DNA from: Macrostomum lignano | Lineage: Eukaryota | Length of the DNA: 64,000 bases | NCBI GenBank assembly: GCA_002269645.1 | Contig: NIVC01002478.1 | Span: 74,462-138,461 of the forward strand | Direction: 5' to 3' | Shown here: piece after piece, positions 1-12,224 of the stretch | Numbering within the stretch: the stretch's first letter is position 1 | Layout: each line of letters starts with the position of its first letter | Notes under the pieces: model-generated | What the model saw: only the letters and a program-made list of their open reading frames with translations | What the model was told of the DNA's origin: nothing | The model's database searches: none | Position numbers and translations under genes: made by a program

Positions 1-220
1 GATGGCAGTTCTGCCACCAGTTCCGGTGTTTCTCCCCTGAGTCAGGGAGTCTATTAGACACAAGCCTTCTGGAGAGGAACCCCCCAGCTTAAGATGTGTC
101 CATCGTTTTTTTTACACTAAAAAGATAGGAAGAAGACAGCGCGAGCCTTTCTGTCAAAATATTGAATAACCTTAACGAAACTTAAATAACATTAGCTTTG
201 AAAACTCAAAATGTGCTTGT

Positions 221-402
221 GGCGCTAAAGTGAGTGGCTGCGGCGCTAAAATGAGTGGCTGCGGCGCTAAAATGAGTGACTGCGGCGCTAAAATGAGTGA
301 CTGCGGCGCTAAAATGAGTCCATGCGACGCTAAAATGAGTGACTGCGGCGCTAAAATGGGTGACTGCGGCGCTAAAATGAGTGACTGCGGCGCTAAAATG
401 AG
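221..402. repeat. 21-bp tandem minisatellite (GACTGCGGCGCTAAAATGAGT), ~9 copies
   Basis: Direct periodicity; explains ORFs 172..408 and 230..589. Confidence 0.95.
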
Positions 403-954
403 CTTCAAAAGAGTTAATTCAACGATTTTTCAAAACCGGAGCTGCTTTTCTATGCGCGTCAAGAAATCCTCCTCCTTTGAGTTTCCTACTCGTAATTTTT
501 TTGGAATCCGTAGAAGAATTCTTGCTACTTCGTATCTCTTAACTGGTGGCTTATATCTCTACGTTCAATTAGAGATTTTTATGAAATAGTAAGGTTTCGT
601 GAGATCCAAGTTGAAAACTTAACTTAAAAATTGTGAAGTCTAAATTTTGGCTTAAGCAAGAAAGAATCGTATTTAATCTCAAATCTGTACTGAAAAAATG
701 TGTTTAGTCTAGAGATTTTACGTCTAAAACAAATTGAGTTGAGGGTTACTTGTAAAACGCGATTTCTGTTACTCTTTTCTCGTCTCTCTTTATCCAAATT
801 CAAGGCCTATGAAAATTTTGCTTTTGGCAACAGTTTTGCCTATCCAGATTCTACATTCATGTACTTTCTGGTCTGGGCGACGGCTTCCTTATCCAGATTC
901 TAGGTCTAAGGAATTCATGCTTTAGGCAGGATTTAAGGGTCTACGAGTATGATT

Positions 955-1478
955 CATCCAGATTCTAGGTCTGGAACTCCAATATTAGTGTTGGTTTCCC
1001 CATCCAGATTCTAGGTCTGGAACTCCAATATTAGTGTTGGTTTCCCTATCCAGATTCTAGGTCTGGAACTCCAATATTAATGTTGGTTTCCCTATCCAGA
1101 TTCTAGGTCTGGAACTCCAATATTAGTGTTGGTTTCCCTATCCAGATTCTAGGTCTGGAACTCCAATATTAGTGTTGGTTTCCCTATCCAGATTCTAGGT
1201 CTGGAACTCCAATATTAGTGTTGGTTTCCCTATCCAGATTCTAGGTCTGGAACTCCAATATTAATGTTGGTTTCCCTATCCAGATTCTAGGTCTGGAACT
1301 CCAATATTAGTGTTGGTTTCCCTATCCAGATTCTAGGTCTGGAACTCCAATATTAGTGTTGGTTTCCCTATCCAGATTCTAGGTCTGGAACTCCAATATT
1401 AATGTTGGTTTCCCTATCCAGATTCTCGGTCTGGAACTCCAATATTAATGTTGGTTTCCCTATCCAGATTCTCGGTCA
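955..1478. repeat. 46-bp tandem repeat with internal dyads, ~11 copies; degenerate copies back to ~840
   Basis: Unit ATCCAGATTCTAGGTCTGGAACTCCAATATTAGTGTTGGTTTCCCT recurs every 46 nt (e.g. 961, 1007). Confidence 0.95.
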
Positions 1479-3233
1479 GGAGCTCCATGCTTTTAATTGG
1501 CAGAATCCAACAACAGAGCGGCATTTGAGCCGGAACGCATAATTTCTTTAAACCAACCTTTCTGTCCCAGTTTTGAAATTTTACTAAAGCTGCGGAATGA
1601 CGGCTCTGGCCTCCAAGGCGAGGGAAAGGGCCATAAAGCCATCAATTTTTTTTCTGTTGCACATCTTGGGATTTTCAAGCAGATTTTCCTAACTCGCGCA
1701 GGGATTGTTTTAACAATCCTGACTAGGCGCTGCAACTCAGTTGCTAGGATTCTTCTATGAGGTTGAATTTTGGCCTCCAAGTGCGGATTTTTTCAAAAGA
1801 ACAAACCAACTGTGCTTGTGTCGTAAAATGTAAAAGTACAACTACAGTGACTGCGGCATACGTCAGTTTCATTCTGTCGGATTAGATAATAAACTTTTAT
1901 GGCATATGGCTAGTATGGTGTCTATAGCGTCTGTATTGCTGCGCCAGATTGCACTAATAAATATTTCATAGCTTAATTGCTTGAAAGGCAAGTTTTTGGT
2001 CGAAGTCAAATGCAAGCTGTGTAGAGCAGAAATAAAATTGTCTGCTAAGGAAATTTTCTACTTTAATTAATTTAGGGTGGACCTGGGAAAACCTGGAGAT
2101 TAAATCAGCTAGCTCATTGTAACATTACATTGATTAGCAGCTTCTATGGAGCATATTTTGCACTGATTTCTATAATTCTGTCTTGAAATTTGTGCATAAA
2201 TACACAGCACATCTCAAAGTTCATTTTCTATATCGCATGCCTTTCTTTGTCACTCTCTGTATGAGCATGTACAACATGTCTGTGGCTATCTATGAGATAT
2301 TCATGCTTGTATTGGTTAGAGGCAATTTTTCCTAACCTAAATGCACCTGGAAAACGGTCATATTGAACCTGGAAAGATCAAACCTGGAATCTAGAAATGA
2401 ATAATTCAAAGCTACATTGGCGACTGGCGTACATTGGCAAAGAAAGCGACAGACGGGCTGATTAATGCATCACCATGATCATTATCAGATAATAAAAGCA
2501 GCTTCTCAAACACAGGTAGCCATCTAACGCTAAAATTTACTCAAGTGTAGAAGCGCAGGCAATAACCGACGCGTTAATTACTGTTAGCACTCACGGCCTC
2601 ATCAAATTTTGTCTGCTAAATAATGGCTTTTTACTTGAGCTCTGAAGACTGAATTGGTTGCTGTGGAAATGATATTGATATTTTAGGATATTTTGCGTTT
2701 TTTTTATAAAAACGGCTTATCACTGCCTCCTATCCTGCGGAATGACTGGGTCTGTCGAGTATGAGTTTGTAAGGCTGCTAGCACAAATATGAATAGATAT
2801 AAGCCGAAATGCTGCTCGGATAAAAACAAAGCTAACAAATGCGTGCGTCTGATGGCCCATCTGGCATGCTTAATCTGTAAAAGTGCACCCCATGCAGTCG
2901 CTCCCCTGGGATCGGAGTAGGGGGTTGGGTTCGACACTAGAAAATGTCTGCTGTGAGCCCGAGGCAGAAAGCATCTCGCCAAATCCAGCCAGATGCTGGC
3001 GCGACTGTTGTGAGCAGTGCGGCCATTGGCAATCACTCATTTGGCTTCCCGACTCCCCGATATATATATTGGCCTAAAAATGCGCTATTGTTATTGATAG
3101 CGGTGGGGATGCTCAGACGGTTAGCCAGACATGCCGAGCTGATAGACACGCGTGGGCGTAAAAACAACAGAGTACTCTCAGTGAAATAGACAGCTAAAAA
3201 TGCCAGGCAGACATGCAAATAGATTACTAGTAC

Positions 3234-3241
3234 GGACAGAC

Positions 3242-3279
<38 letters not shown>

Positions 3280-3314
3280 TAGACAGACAGATAGACAAGA
3301 CAGACAGACAGAAG

Positions 3315-3345
<31 letters not shown>

Positions 3346-3447
3346 CAGACAGACAGTTAAATAAAGACAGACAGACAGACAGACAGACAGGCAGGCTGAC
3401 AGACAGACAAATAGACAAGACAGACAGACAGACAGTTAAATAGAGGC

Positions 3448-3504
<57 letters not shown>

Positions 3505-3554
3505 GTTAAATAGAGACAGACAAACAGACAGCCAGACAGACAGACAGACAGACA

Positions 3555-3585
<31 letters not shown>

Positions 3586-3632
3586 TAAACAGAGACAGAC
3601 AGACAGACAGACAAAAAGCAGACAGGCAGACA
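3234..3632. repeat. (GACA)n-rich microsatellite
   Basis: Direct reading. Confidence 0.95.
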
Positions 3633-3732
3633 GTAGTTTCAGGATCTGGTATCTAGATCGTAGCCGCCGGACAAATATCAGCTGACTCGGCATTAAAAGT
3701 ACAACAGAAAATCCTTCCATTCCTTCGCGCAG

Positions 3733-5454
3733 CTACTCGCCCCTAGAGATGCAGCCGCGGCTCGACTTTCTTAACTCCGATGATGCGCCCTCCCTGATGC
3801 CCCAGCTGACTGCGGCGCCCGCAGCCAGCGAAGCCGCTAGCACCGGCATTGCACCCTGGGTTCGGCAGGCGTTCGCTTCAGAGTCGGCCAGCTATCCACT
3901 CACTCTGCTGTACGTCTGGGAGCAGGTGCGTGTCCGAGACGCCAAATTGCCGCCATTTTTCCATGACGCTTTTTCGTTTTACCTACGCATTGTTAATAAT
4001 TAGCGTTAGCAGATGTTTTTCGTTTGCTAAATGATCAAATTACATTATAAGTAGGAGAAGAAATCGCACCTGCAAAGAATGATCCACTCCGAGAGTCATC
4101 ATTAATCTACCCTGAGACTCACCAATAATCCACTCTGAGAATCACCATTAATCCACTCTGAGAATCACCCTTAATCCACTCTGAGAATCACCCTTAATCC
4201 ACTCTGAGAATCATCCTTAATCCACTCTGAGAATCACCCTTAATCCACTCTGACAATCACCCTTAATCCACTCTGAGACTCACCAATAATCCACTCTGAG
4301 AATCACCATTAATCCACTCTGAAAATCACCCTTAATCCACTCTGAGAATCACCCTTAATCCACTCTGAGAATCATCCTTAATCCACTCTGAGAATCACCC
4401 TTAATCCACTCTAAGAATCACCCTTAATCCACTCTGAGAATCACCATTAATCCACTCTGAGAATCACCATTAATCCACTCTGAGAATCATCCTTAATCCA
4501 CTCTGAGAATCACCCTTAATCCACTCTAAGAATCACCCTTAATCCACTTTAAGAATCACCCTTAATCCACTCTGAAAATCATCCTTAATCCACTTTGAGA
4601 GTCACCATTAATCCACTCTGAGAATCACCCTTAATCCACTTTAAGAATCACCATTAATCCACTCTAAGAATCGCCCCTCCTTAACTAGCATTAGAATCGC
4701 AGAGCCGTAAAACTAGCCCTTTTGAATGGCCCCTACTCAACAGCTTAAGCCGCCGATAAAGCCGCACCCAATCGATTATGAAATTCCGCAGGTTCGACCC
4801 CCGCCCGGCACAGAGCCCCTGGCCAGCCGGTCCTGTCTAACCATTCAGCTTGCGAGATGGCCTCGCAGTGTGCCAATTACCCGCGCCAACTGGGAGCTAT
4901 TGTTGCACCGGCTGCCTAAGCTCAAGCTGCTTCGCATTATTCTGTTGCTTCTAGAAGCAGACAAAGAAGAGGAAAACTCTTCGGACGAGCCGGAGTCAGA
5001 CGGCATCATCAACGTCTGCGACGATTGCGCCGCTTTCGGCGCTCGCATCGAACTGCGGCGACTTCGTCTTGTCGGCGGCGAAGCTACAGCCCAAGCTGAC
5101 GCCGCCGTTGACGAGCCCGACGCTGTCTGTTTGTTTAATTTACGCCGGCCGCTGGCTCTGCCGCCGGCCGCTTCTACGCCGCTGCCGCCGCTGCTGCTCC
5201 GGTCAAGCGGCGCGCCTCTGCTGGCCACGTTCGAATCCGCCAGACTCTGTCGCGATCTGCCTCGCCTGCTGGCTCCGCTGATGCCGCTGGTTAAAGCTTC
5301 GTCTGGCGGGCCCGACGGTCGAACTAGGACTCGCTGGCCTAGCGGAGTGAACCCCGCCTTCTCCGGTCTGCCTCGCCGACTGCCGATTGAAGCGGACGGT
5401 GATCCGGCCTGCTGTCACACCAACTGGTGCCTGAGCGTGCTGTGGGCTGACTAA
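3733..5454 (+). CDS. Partial gene, putative MSS51/ZMYND15-like C-terminal domain protein; exons ~3733-3925 and 4792-5454; 5' exons not found
   Basis: GC-rich coding-like exons joined in phase 0 by CAG|GTGCGT...TTCCGCAG|. Motifs SESASYPLTL, WELLLHRLPKL, VCDDC, PDAVCLFN, PLLATF, VNPAFSGLPRR and TNW resemble, by recollection, invertebrate MSS51-like proteins. Confidence 0.45.
4081..4672. repeat. 23-bp intronic minisatellite (TTAATCCACTCTGAGAATCACCC)
   Basis: Direct periodicity; lies in intron 3926-4791. Confidence 0.95.
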
Positions 5455-5519
5455 GCGGGTCTTTGCTGCCCGATTTGTAATTGGGGTCGGTTGGATTAGG
5501 AATATTAAATCGACATCAA

Positions 5520-6665
5520 TTGGTTATTAGTGAATATCGACATATTATATTGGTGAATATCGACATGTTATTAGTGAGTATCGACAGGTTATTGGTAAAT
5601 ATCGGCAGATTATATTGGTGAATATCGACATGTTATTAGTGAGTATCGACAGGTTATTGGTAAATATCGACAGATTATATTGGTGAATATCGACATGTTA
5701 TTTGTGAGTATCGACAGGTTATTGGTAAATATCGACAGATTATATTGGTGAATATCGACATGTTATTAGTGAATATCGACATGTTATTAGTGAGTATCGA
5801 CATGTTATTAGTGAGTATCGACAGGTTATTGGTGAATATCGACAGATTATTGGTGAATATCGACATGTTATTAGTGAGTATCGACAGGTTATTGGTAAAT
5901 ATCGGCAGATTATATTGGTGAATATCGACATGTTATTAGTGAGTATCGACAGGTTATTGGTAAATATCGACAGATTATATTGGTGAATATCGACATGTTA
6001 TTAGTGAGTATCGACAGGTTATTGGTAAATATCGACAGATTATATTGGTGAATATCGACATGTTATTAGTGAGTATCGACAGGTTATTGGTAAATATCGA
6101 CAGATTATATTGGTGAATATCGACATGTTATTTGTGAGTATCGACAGGTTATTGGTAAATATCGACAGATTATATTGGTGAATATCGACATGTTATTTGT
6201 GAGTATCGACAGGTTATTGGTAAATATCGACAGATTATATTGGTGAATATCGACATGTTATTTGTGAGTATCGACAGGTTATTGGTAAATATCGACAGAT
6301 TATATTGGTGAATATCGACATGTTATTAGTGAATATCGACATGTTATTAGTGAGTATCGACATGTTATTAGTGAGTATCGACAGGTTATTGGTGAATATC
6401 GACAGATTATTGGTGAATATCGACATGTTATTAGTGAATATCGACATGTTATTAGTGAATATCGACATGTTATTAGTGAGTATCGACAGGTTATTGGTGA
6501 ATATCGACAGATTATTGGTGAATATCGACAGATTATATTGGTGAATATCGACATGTTATTAGTGAATATCGACATGTTATTAGTGAGTATCGACAGGTTA
6601 TTGGTGAATATCGACAGATTATTGGTGAATATCGACATGCTATTAGTGAATATCGACATGTTGTT
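5520..6665. repeat. 21-bp minisatellite (TATTGGTGAATATCGACATGT) with a 65-bp trimeric higher-order block
   Basis: Direct periodicity; 21+21+23 pattern in ~5870-6300. Confidence 0.95.
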
Positions 6666-7061
6666 AGTTATTAGAAAACGTTATTGCAAAATATCGATAC
6701 ACTATCTCAGTGATGTTAATGTTATGCATACGGCAGCAATTAATATCATCAATTTGATTTATAATGGAATTCGCTAGATTCACTAGATTGGGCGTCGGTT
6801 TGAGATGCGTTCTGCATTGCTATGCATTGTTACTCAATTTTCATGTTGTTGACATTTCTAACTGCGAAAGCTATTCACTGTTTTTTTCTAAACGCGTATA
6901 ACTCTAAAAAATTATATCCAAGTAAACTATAAAAAATGTGTGTAATAATGTATAGAACTTGTTTCACTCCAGAGTTTTTAACCCATGCGGAGGTTTTGCT
7001 TAACCATCTCACCATTTGTGATAAATATTTATTGCACCTGTATCACTTGCACTTTAAACTG

Positions 7062-7903
7062 TGAATCATCCCCGATTTCCGCCCCCTGAGAATTATCCCC
7101 TAATTTCCGCCCCTGAGAATCATCCCCAGTTTCCGCCCCCTGAGAATCATCCCCAATTTCCGCCCCCTGAGAATCACCCCCGATTTCCGCCCCCTGAGAA
7201 TCATCCACCCAATTTCCGCCCCTGAGAATCACCCCCGATTTCCGCCCCCTGAGAATCATCCATCCCAATTTCCGCCCCCTGAGAATCATCCCCAATTTCC
7301 GCCCCCTGAGAATCATCCCCAATTTCCGCCCCCTGAGAATCATCTCCAATTTCCGCCACCCTGAGAATTATTCCCAATTTCCGCCCCCTGAGAATCATCC
7401 CCAATTTTCGCCCCCTGAGAATCATCCCCAATTTCCGCGCGCTGAGAATCATCCCCAATTTCCGCCCGCTGAGAATCATCCCCAATTTCCGCGCCCTGAG
7501 AATCATCCCCAATTTCCGCCCCTGAGAATCATCCCCAATTTCCGCCCCTGAGAATCATCCCCAATTTTCGCCCCCTGAGAATCATCCCCGATTTCCGCCT
7601 CTGAGAATCATCCCCGATTTCCGCCCCCTGAGAATCATCCCCTAATTTCCGCCCTTAAGAATCATCCCCAGTTTCCGCCCCCTGAGAATCATCCCAAATT
7701 TCCGCCCCATGAGAATCATCCATCCCATTTTCCGCCCCCTGAGAATCATCTTCAATTTCCGCCCCTGAAAATTATCCCCGATTTCCGCGCCCTGAGAATC
7801 ATCCCCAATTTTCGCGCCCTGAGAATCATCCCCAATTTCCGCCCCTGAGAATCATCCCCAATTTCCGCCCGCTGAGAATCATCCCCAATTTCCGCCCCTG
7901 AGA
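7062..7903. repeat. ~27-bp minisatellite (CTGAGAATCATCCCCAATTTCCGCCCC)
   Basis: Direct periodicity. Confidence 0.95.
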
Positions 7904-8444
7904 AAACTCACATGAAGAATTGTTAACAATGAGTTGTACTTTTAAATGCCATTGCATTCTTGCAAGGCAAATTCATCGTCTAAGTGTCACTGTGTTTCGT
8001 GTTAATTTAAACTTTAGCGTCGAACGCTATCAAAGCAGTTTTTGTCTGTATAAATAATATGTTGTTTTATGCTACTTAAAGTAGATGGCAGCACTTTTTC
8101 TTTTTTTCTGCACGCGAGAAGTATATATAATTCGTCACAATGCAGTAAAAATTTTAAGTGGCAATTTTCCTTGCTGTTTTTATTCAATAAGTACAGCTGA
8201 GCATTAATATGACATGGCTGAGTGCCAACTTTAAAAGAAAAACGTTACATTAGGACTCGTCTGTGTTCACACTCAAGACTAAAAAAATACTTCAGATTTC
8301 TAAATCGTTTCTTCAACTAATCTCTTTTTTTCTGCTTGAGTCTTTCTAGTAAAGCACTTTTTTCTCTCCCGAAGAATGAAATTTTCTTCAGTGTCTCTTA
8401 TTTACCAAGCGCACCATTTCTCCCTTAAAATCTGATTTTAGGAA

Positions 8445-9690
8445 TCGCTCTTAATCTCCATTGAGAATCGCTCTCAATCTCCCTTGAGAATCGCTCTCAA
8501 TCTCCCTTGAGAATCGCTCTCAATCTCCCTTGAGAATCGCTCTCAATCTCCCTTGAGAATCGCTCTCAATCTCCCTTGAGAATCGCTCTCATTCTACCTT
8601 GAGAATCGCTCTCAATCTCCCTTGAGAATCGCTCTCAATCTCCCTTGAGAATCGCTAGAATTCTCCCTTGAGAATCGCTCTCATTCTCCCTTGAGAATCG
8701 CTCTCAATCTCCCTTGAGAATCGCTAGAATTCTCCCTTGAGAATCGCTCTCATTCTCCCTTGAGAATCGCTCTCAATCTCCCTTGAGAATCGCTAGAATT
8801 CTCCCTTGAGAATCGCTCTCATTCTCCCTTGAGAATCGCTCTCAATCTCCCTTGAGAATCGCTCTCAATCTCCCTTGAGAATCGCTCTCATTCTCCCTTG
8901 AGAATCGCTCTCATTCTCCCTTGAGAATCGCTCTCAATCTCCCTTGAGAATCGCTAGAATTCTCCCTTGAGAATCGCTCTCATTCTCCCTTGAGAATCGC
9001 TCTCAATCTCCCTTGAGAATCGCTAGAATTCTCCCTTGAGAATCGCTCTCATTCTCCCTTGAGAATCGCTCTCAATCTCCCTTGAGAATCGCTAGAATTC
9101 TCCCTTGAGAATCGCTCTCATTCTCCCTTGAGAATCGCTCTCAATCTACCTTGAGAATCGCTCTCAATCTCCCTTGAGAATCGCTCTCATTCTCCCTTGA
9201 GAATCGCTCTCATTCTCCCTTGAGAATCGCTCTCAATCTCCCTTGAGAATCGCTAGAATTCTCCCTTGAGAATCGCTCTCATTCTCCCTTGAGAATCGCT
9301 CTCAATCTACCTTGAGAATCGCTCTCAATCTCCCTTGAGAATCGCTCTCAATCTACCTTGAGAATCGCTCTCAATCTCCCTTGAGAATCGCTCTCATTCT
9401 CCCTTGAGAATCGCTCTCATTCTCCCTTGAGAATCGCTCTCAATCTCCCTTGAGAATCGCTCTCATTCTCCCTTGAGAATCGCTCTCATTCTCCCTTGAG
9501 AATCGCTCTCAATCTCCCTTGAGAATCGCTCTCATTCTCCCTTGAGAATCGCTCTCATTCTCCCTTGAGAATCGCTCTCAATCTCCCTTGAGAATCGCTC
9601 TCAATCTCCCTTGAGAATCGCTCTCATTCTCCCTTGAGAATCGCTCTCATTCTCCCTTGAGAATCGCTCTCATTCTCCCTTGAGAATCGC
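8445..9690. repeat. 23-bp minisatellite (GAGAATCGCTCTCAATCTCCCTT), ~54 copies
   Basis: Direct periodicity. Confidence 0.95.
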
Positions 9691-10255
9691 GCTCAGAGCA
9701 GTTCAGACATGTCGCCGCACAATAATTTATGGCTTGTGTTATACATGGATTCTATTCGCGTTCAACATTATTCCAGACTGAGTTAAATAAGCCGCAATCA
9801 CAGATAATTCTCTGCATGCATATTTCCTACCTGCAATCTGCAATCAACTAAATGTCTGTGTTTTTATTTCTGTTTCAGCTTTTATTGATTTTGACTTGTT
9901 TATTCGGTTTTTTAAAAGTACACACGAGTACATGGTATGCGCACACACGGTTTCTGTTTAGCTGTGAAAATTCTCTTCCTGAAACTGCGTTAGCGCCGTC
10001 TGCAGCAAATTATTTGTCTTTTCAGTCTCTTTTGTGTTGACCAGCTGTTTTTTGGTTTGAGAATTTGTTATATCATGATGAATTGCCTACCTCTAGTGAG
10101 CAACTCTACTCGCTTTGTATTATATAAGTTCTGAATGTACTTATGTGACTGTTTCAAGCAACTAGCATCCGTTGCAGCAGCTGCCTCAAATTGCTATTTT
10201 TATGTATATTAATCATTTTTCATTGTTAAGCTAAAAGCTAACATTTACGTGGGTT

Positions 10256-10455
10256 CGGTTTAGCAGTCCATGGTAAGGCATGGGCATGATGGGTTAGCAG
10301 TCCATGGTAAGGCATGGGCATGATGGGTTAGCAGTCCATGGTAAGGCATGGTCATGATGGGTTAGCAGTCCATGGTAAGACATGGTCATGATGGGTTAGC
10401 AGTCCATGGTAAGGCATGGGCATGATGGGTTAGCAGTCCATGGTAATGCATGGGC
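10256..10455. repeat. 34-bp tandem repeat (GGGTTAGCAGTCCATGGTAAGGCATGGGCATGAT), ~5-6 copies
   Basis: Period 34 (10261, 10295). Confidence 0.9.
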
Positions 10456-11189
10456 ATTGTATGCATGACAAATATTGCTTTGTTATCTCTGCTAAAGCAT
10501 AACTATTGTACTCTGACTCATTACTGCCTAGCAGGTCTTCTATCTATAACTGGTATTTTATAGCTAGCAGACAATTTGCAAACCAATTTGTCATCCAATC
10601 CAAAGCTAGTTTACCCGTTTTTATTCCCATTTGTATTCTCGCCATACTCAAACTACATGTTAAGGGTTGCTTTTAAATTTCCTTATAAAAGCAATTTGCT
10701 TTGATCTGTTAATGCCGCTCAATGCAAACTCTTTTACAATGCGGGTTTTATTGATTTCTGTGTGTTCTTTGTATGCTTCAATTTTTGCAGCTGTATGATA
10801 ATGCCTAAATATTGTATACGCACATAGAATACATTGTTGTTCGGCAAAGTTTTTTTAAGTTTTGCTGTGCTGTAGCTGTTAAATTCTTAGTTTTTGCTAA
10901 GTCTTAGTTGAGCTAATCAGCTACTTGTAGTAATAAGAACATTATTCTGTTATTCCTTAAGTGGGGGGGGGTTATCGCTCTTTAAAAGGTGTGAAAAATT
11001 ATTAATTATTAAAAAATTTCATAAATTCAGCTCAGATAATCTTCTTTCTCCTTAAGTTACTTTTCCTAGACAGTTTCTATCTTTTTGAAAGTTATCTTGT
11101 CACCAAGATACCAACAGACTGCAATCAAATAGAGAATTTCAAAACCAGTTAAGTACGAACATAACAATGGGCGTGTGTATGAGTGCTTG

Positions 11190-11885
11190 TCTCGTGTCCT
11201 TCCCTGCCTCCCTCTCGTGTCTTTCGCCTGCCTCCCTCTCTCGTGTCCTTCCCTGCCTCCCTCTCGTGTCCTTCCCTGCCTCTCTCTCTCGTGTCCTCCC
11301 CTGCCTCCCTCTCGTGTCCTTCCCTGCCTCCCTCTCGTGTCCTTCCCTGCCTCCCTCTCGTGTCCTTCCCTGCCTCCCTCTCGTGTCCTTCCCTGCCTCC
11401 CTCTCGTGTCCTTCCCGTGCCCCTCTCGTGTCCTTCCCGTGCCCCTCTCGTGTCCTTCCCTTGCCTCCCTCTCGTGTCCTTTCCCTGCCTCCCTCTCGTG
11501 TCCTTCCCTGCCTCCCTCTCGTGTCCTTTCCCTGCCTCTCTCTCGTGTCCTTCCCCTACCTCTCTCTCGTGTCCTTCCCTGCCCCTCTCGTGTCCTTCCC
11601 CTGCCTCTCTCTCGTGTCCTTCCCTGCCCCTCTCGTGTCCTTTCCCTGCCCCTCTCGTGTCCTTCCCCTGCCTCTCTCTCGTGTCCTTCCCTGCCCCTCT
11701 CGTGTCCTTCCCTGCCCCTCTCGTGTCCTTTCCCTGCCCCTCTCGTGTCCTTCCCCTGCCTCTCTCTCGTGTCCTTCCCTGCCTCCCTCTCGTGTCCTTC
11801 CCTGCCCCTCTCGTGTCCTTTCCCTGCCCCTCTCGTGTCCTTCCCTGCCCCTCTCGTGTCCTTCCCCTCCCCTTCTCTCGTGTCC
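11190..11885. repeat. Pyrimidine-rich ~23-bp minisatellite (CTCTCGTGTCCTTCCCTGCCTCC) upstream of RNF168
   Basis: Direct periodicity; explains four overlapping spurious ORFs. Confidence 0.95.
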
Positions 11886-12224
11886 GCGCTTGCATATGTT
11901 CAGGAGTCAGCAAAATGGGTAGTATTGCCGTCAGCGCTGGCTGTGGGAGGATTTCGCCGAAGGCGTTGCACCAGGGTTGCCCGTAGCCCTCATGCGAATA
12001 GTTCATACGTATTTTATTGCAAACTGACCAACAATTTTTGTTTTCAATATCGACTTTCAACCGAGTAGATATTCAACAAATTGAAGAAGTAAGAAACGCT
12101 GCTTTGATAGTTCTATTTACGATATTCGATGAACGCATTCTTTACTTGCTACTCATCAGTAGACGCTGTCGAACATTCCAATTAAATGCATGTCTAGCCC
12201 GGCATCGTGCGCTGTTCGCCAGCC

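Noticed and set aside
11149-12068. Long ORFs of 250-300 aa in four frames
   Set aside because: Translations of a stop-free pyrimidine-rich minisatellite; low complexity.
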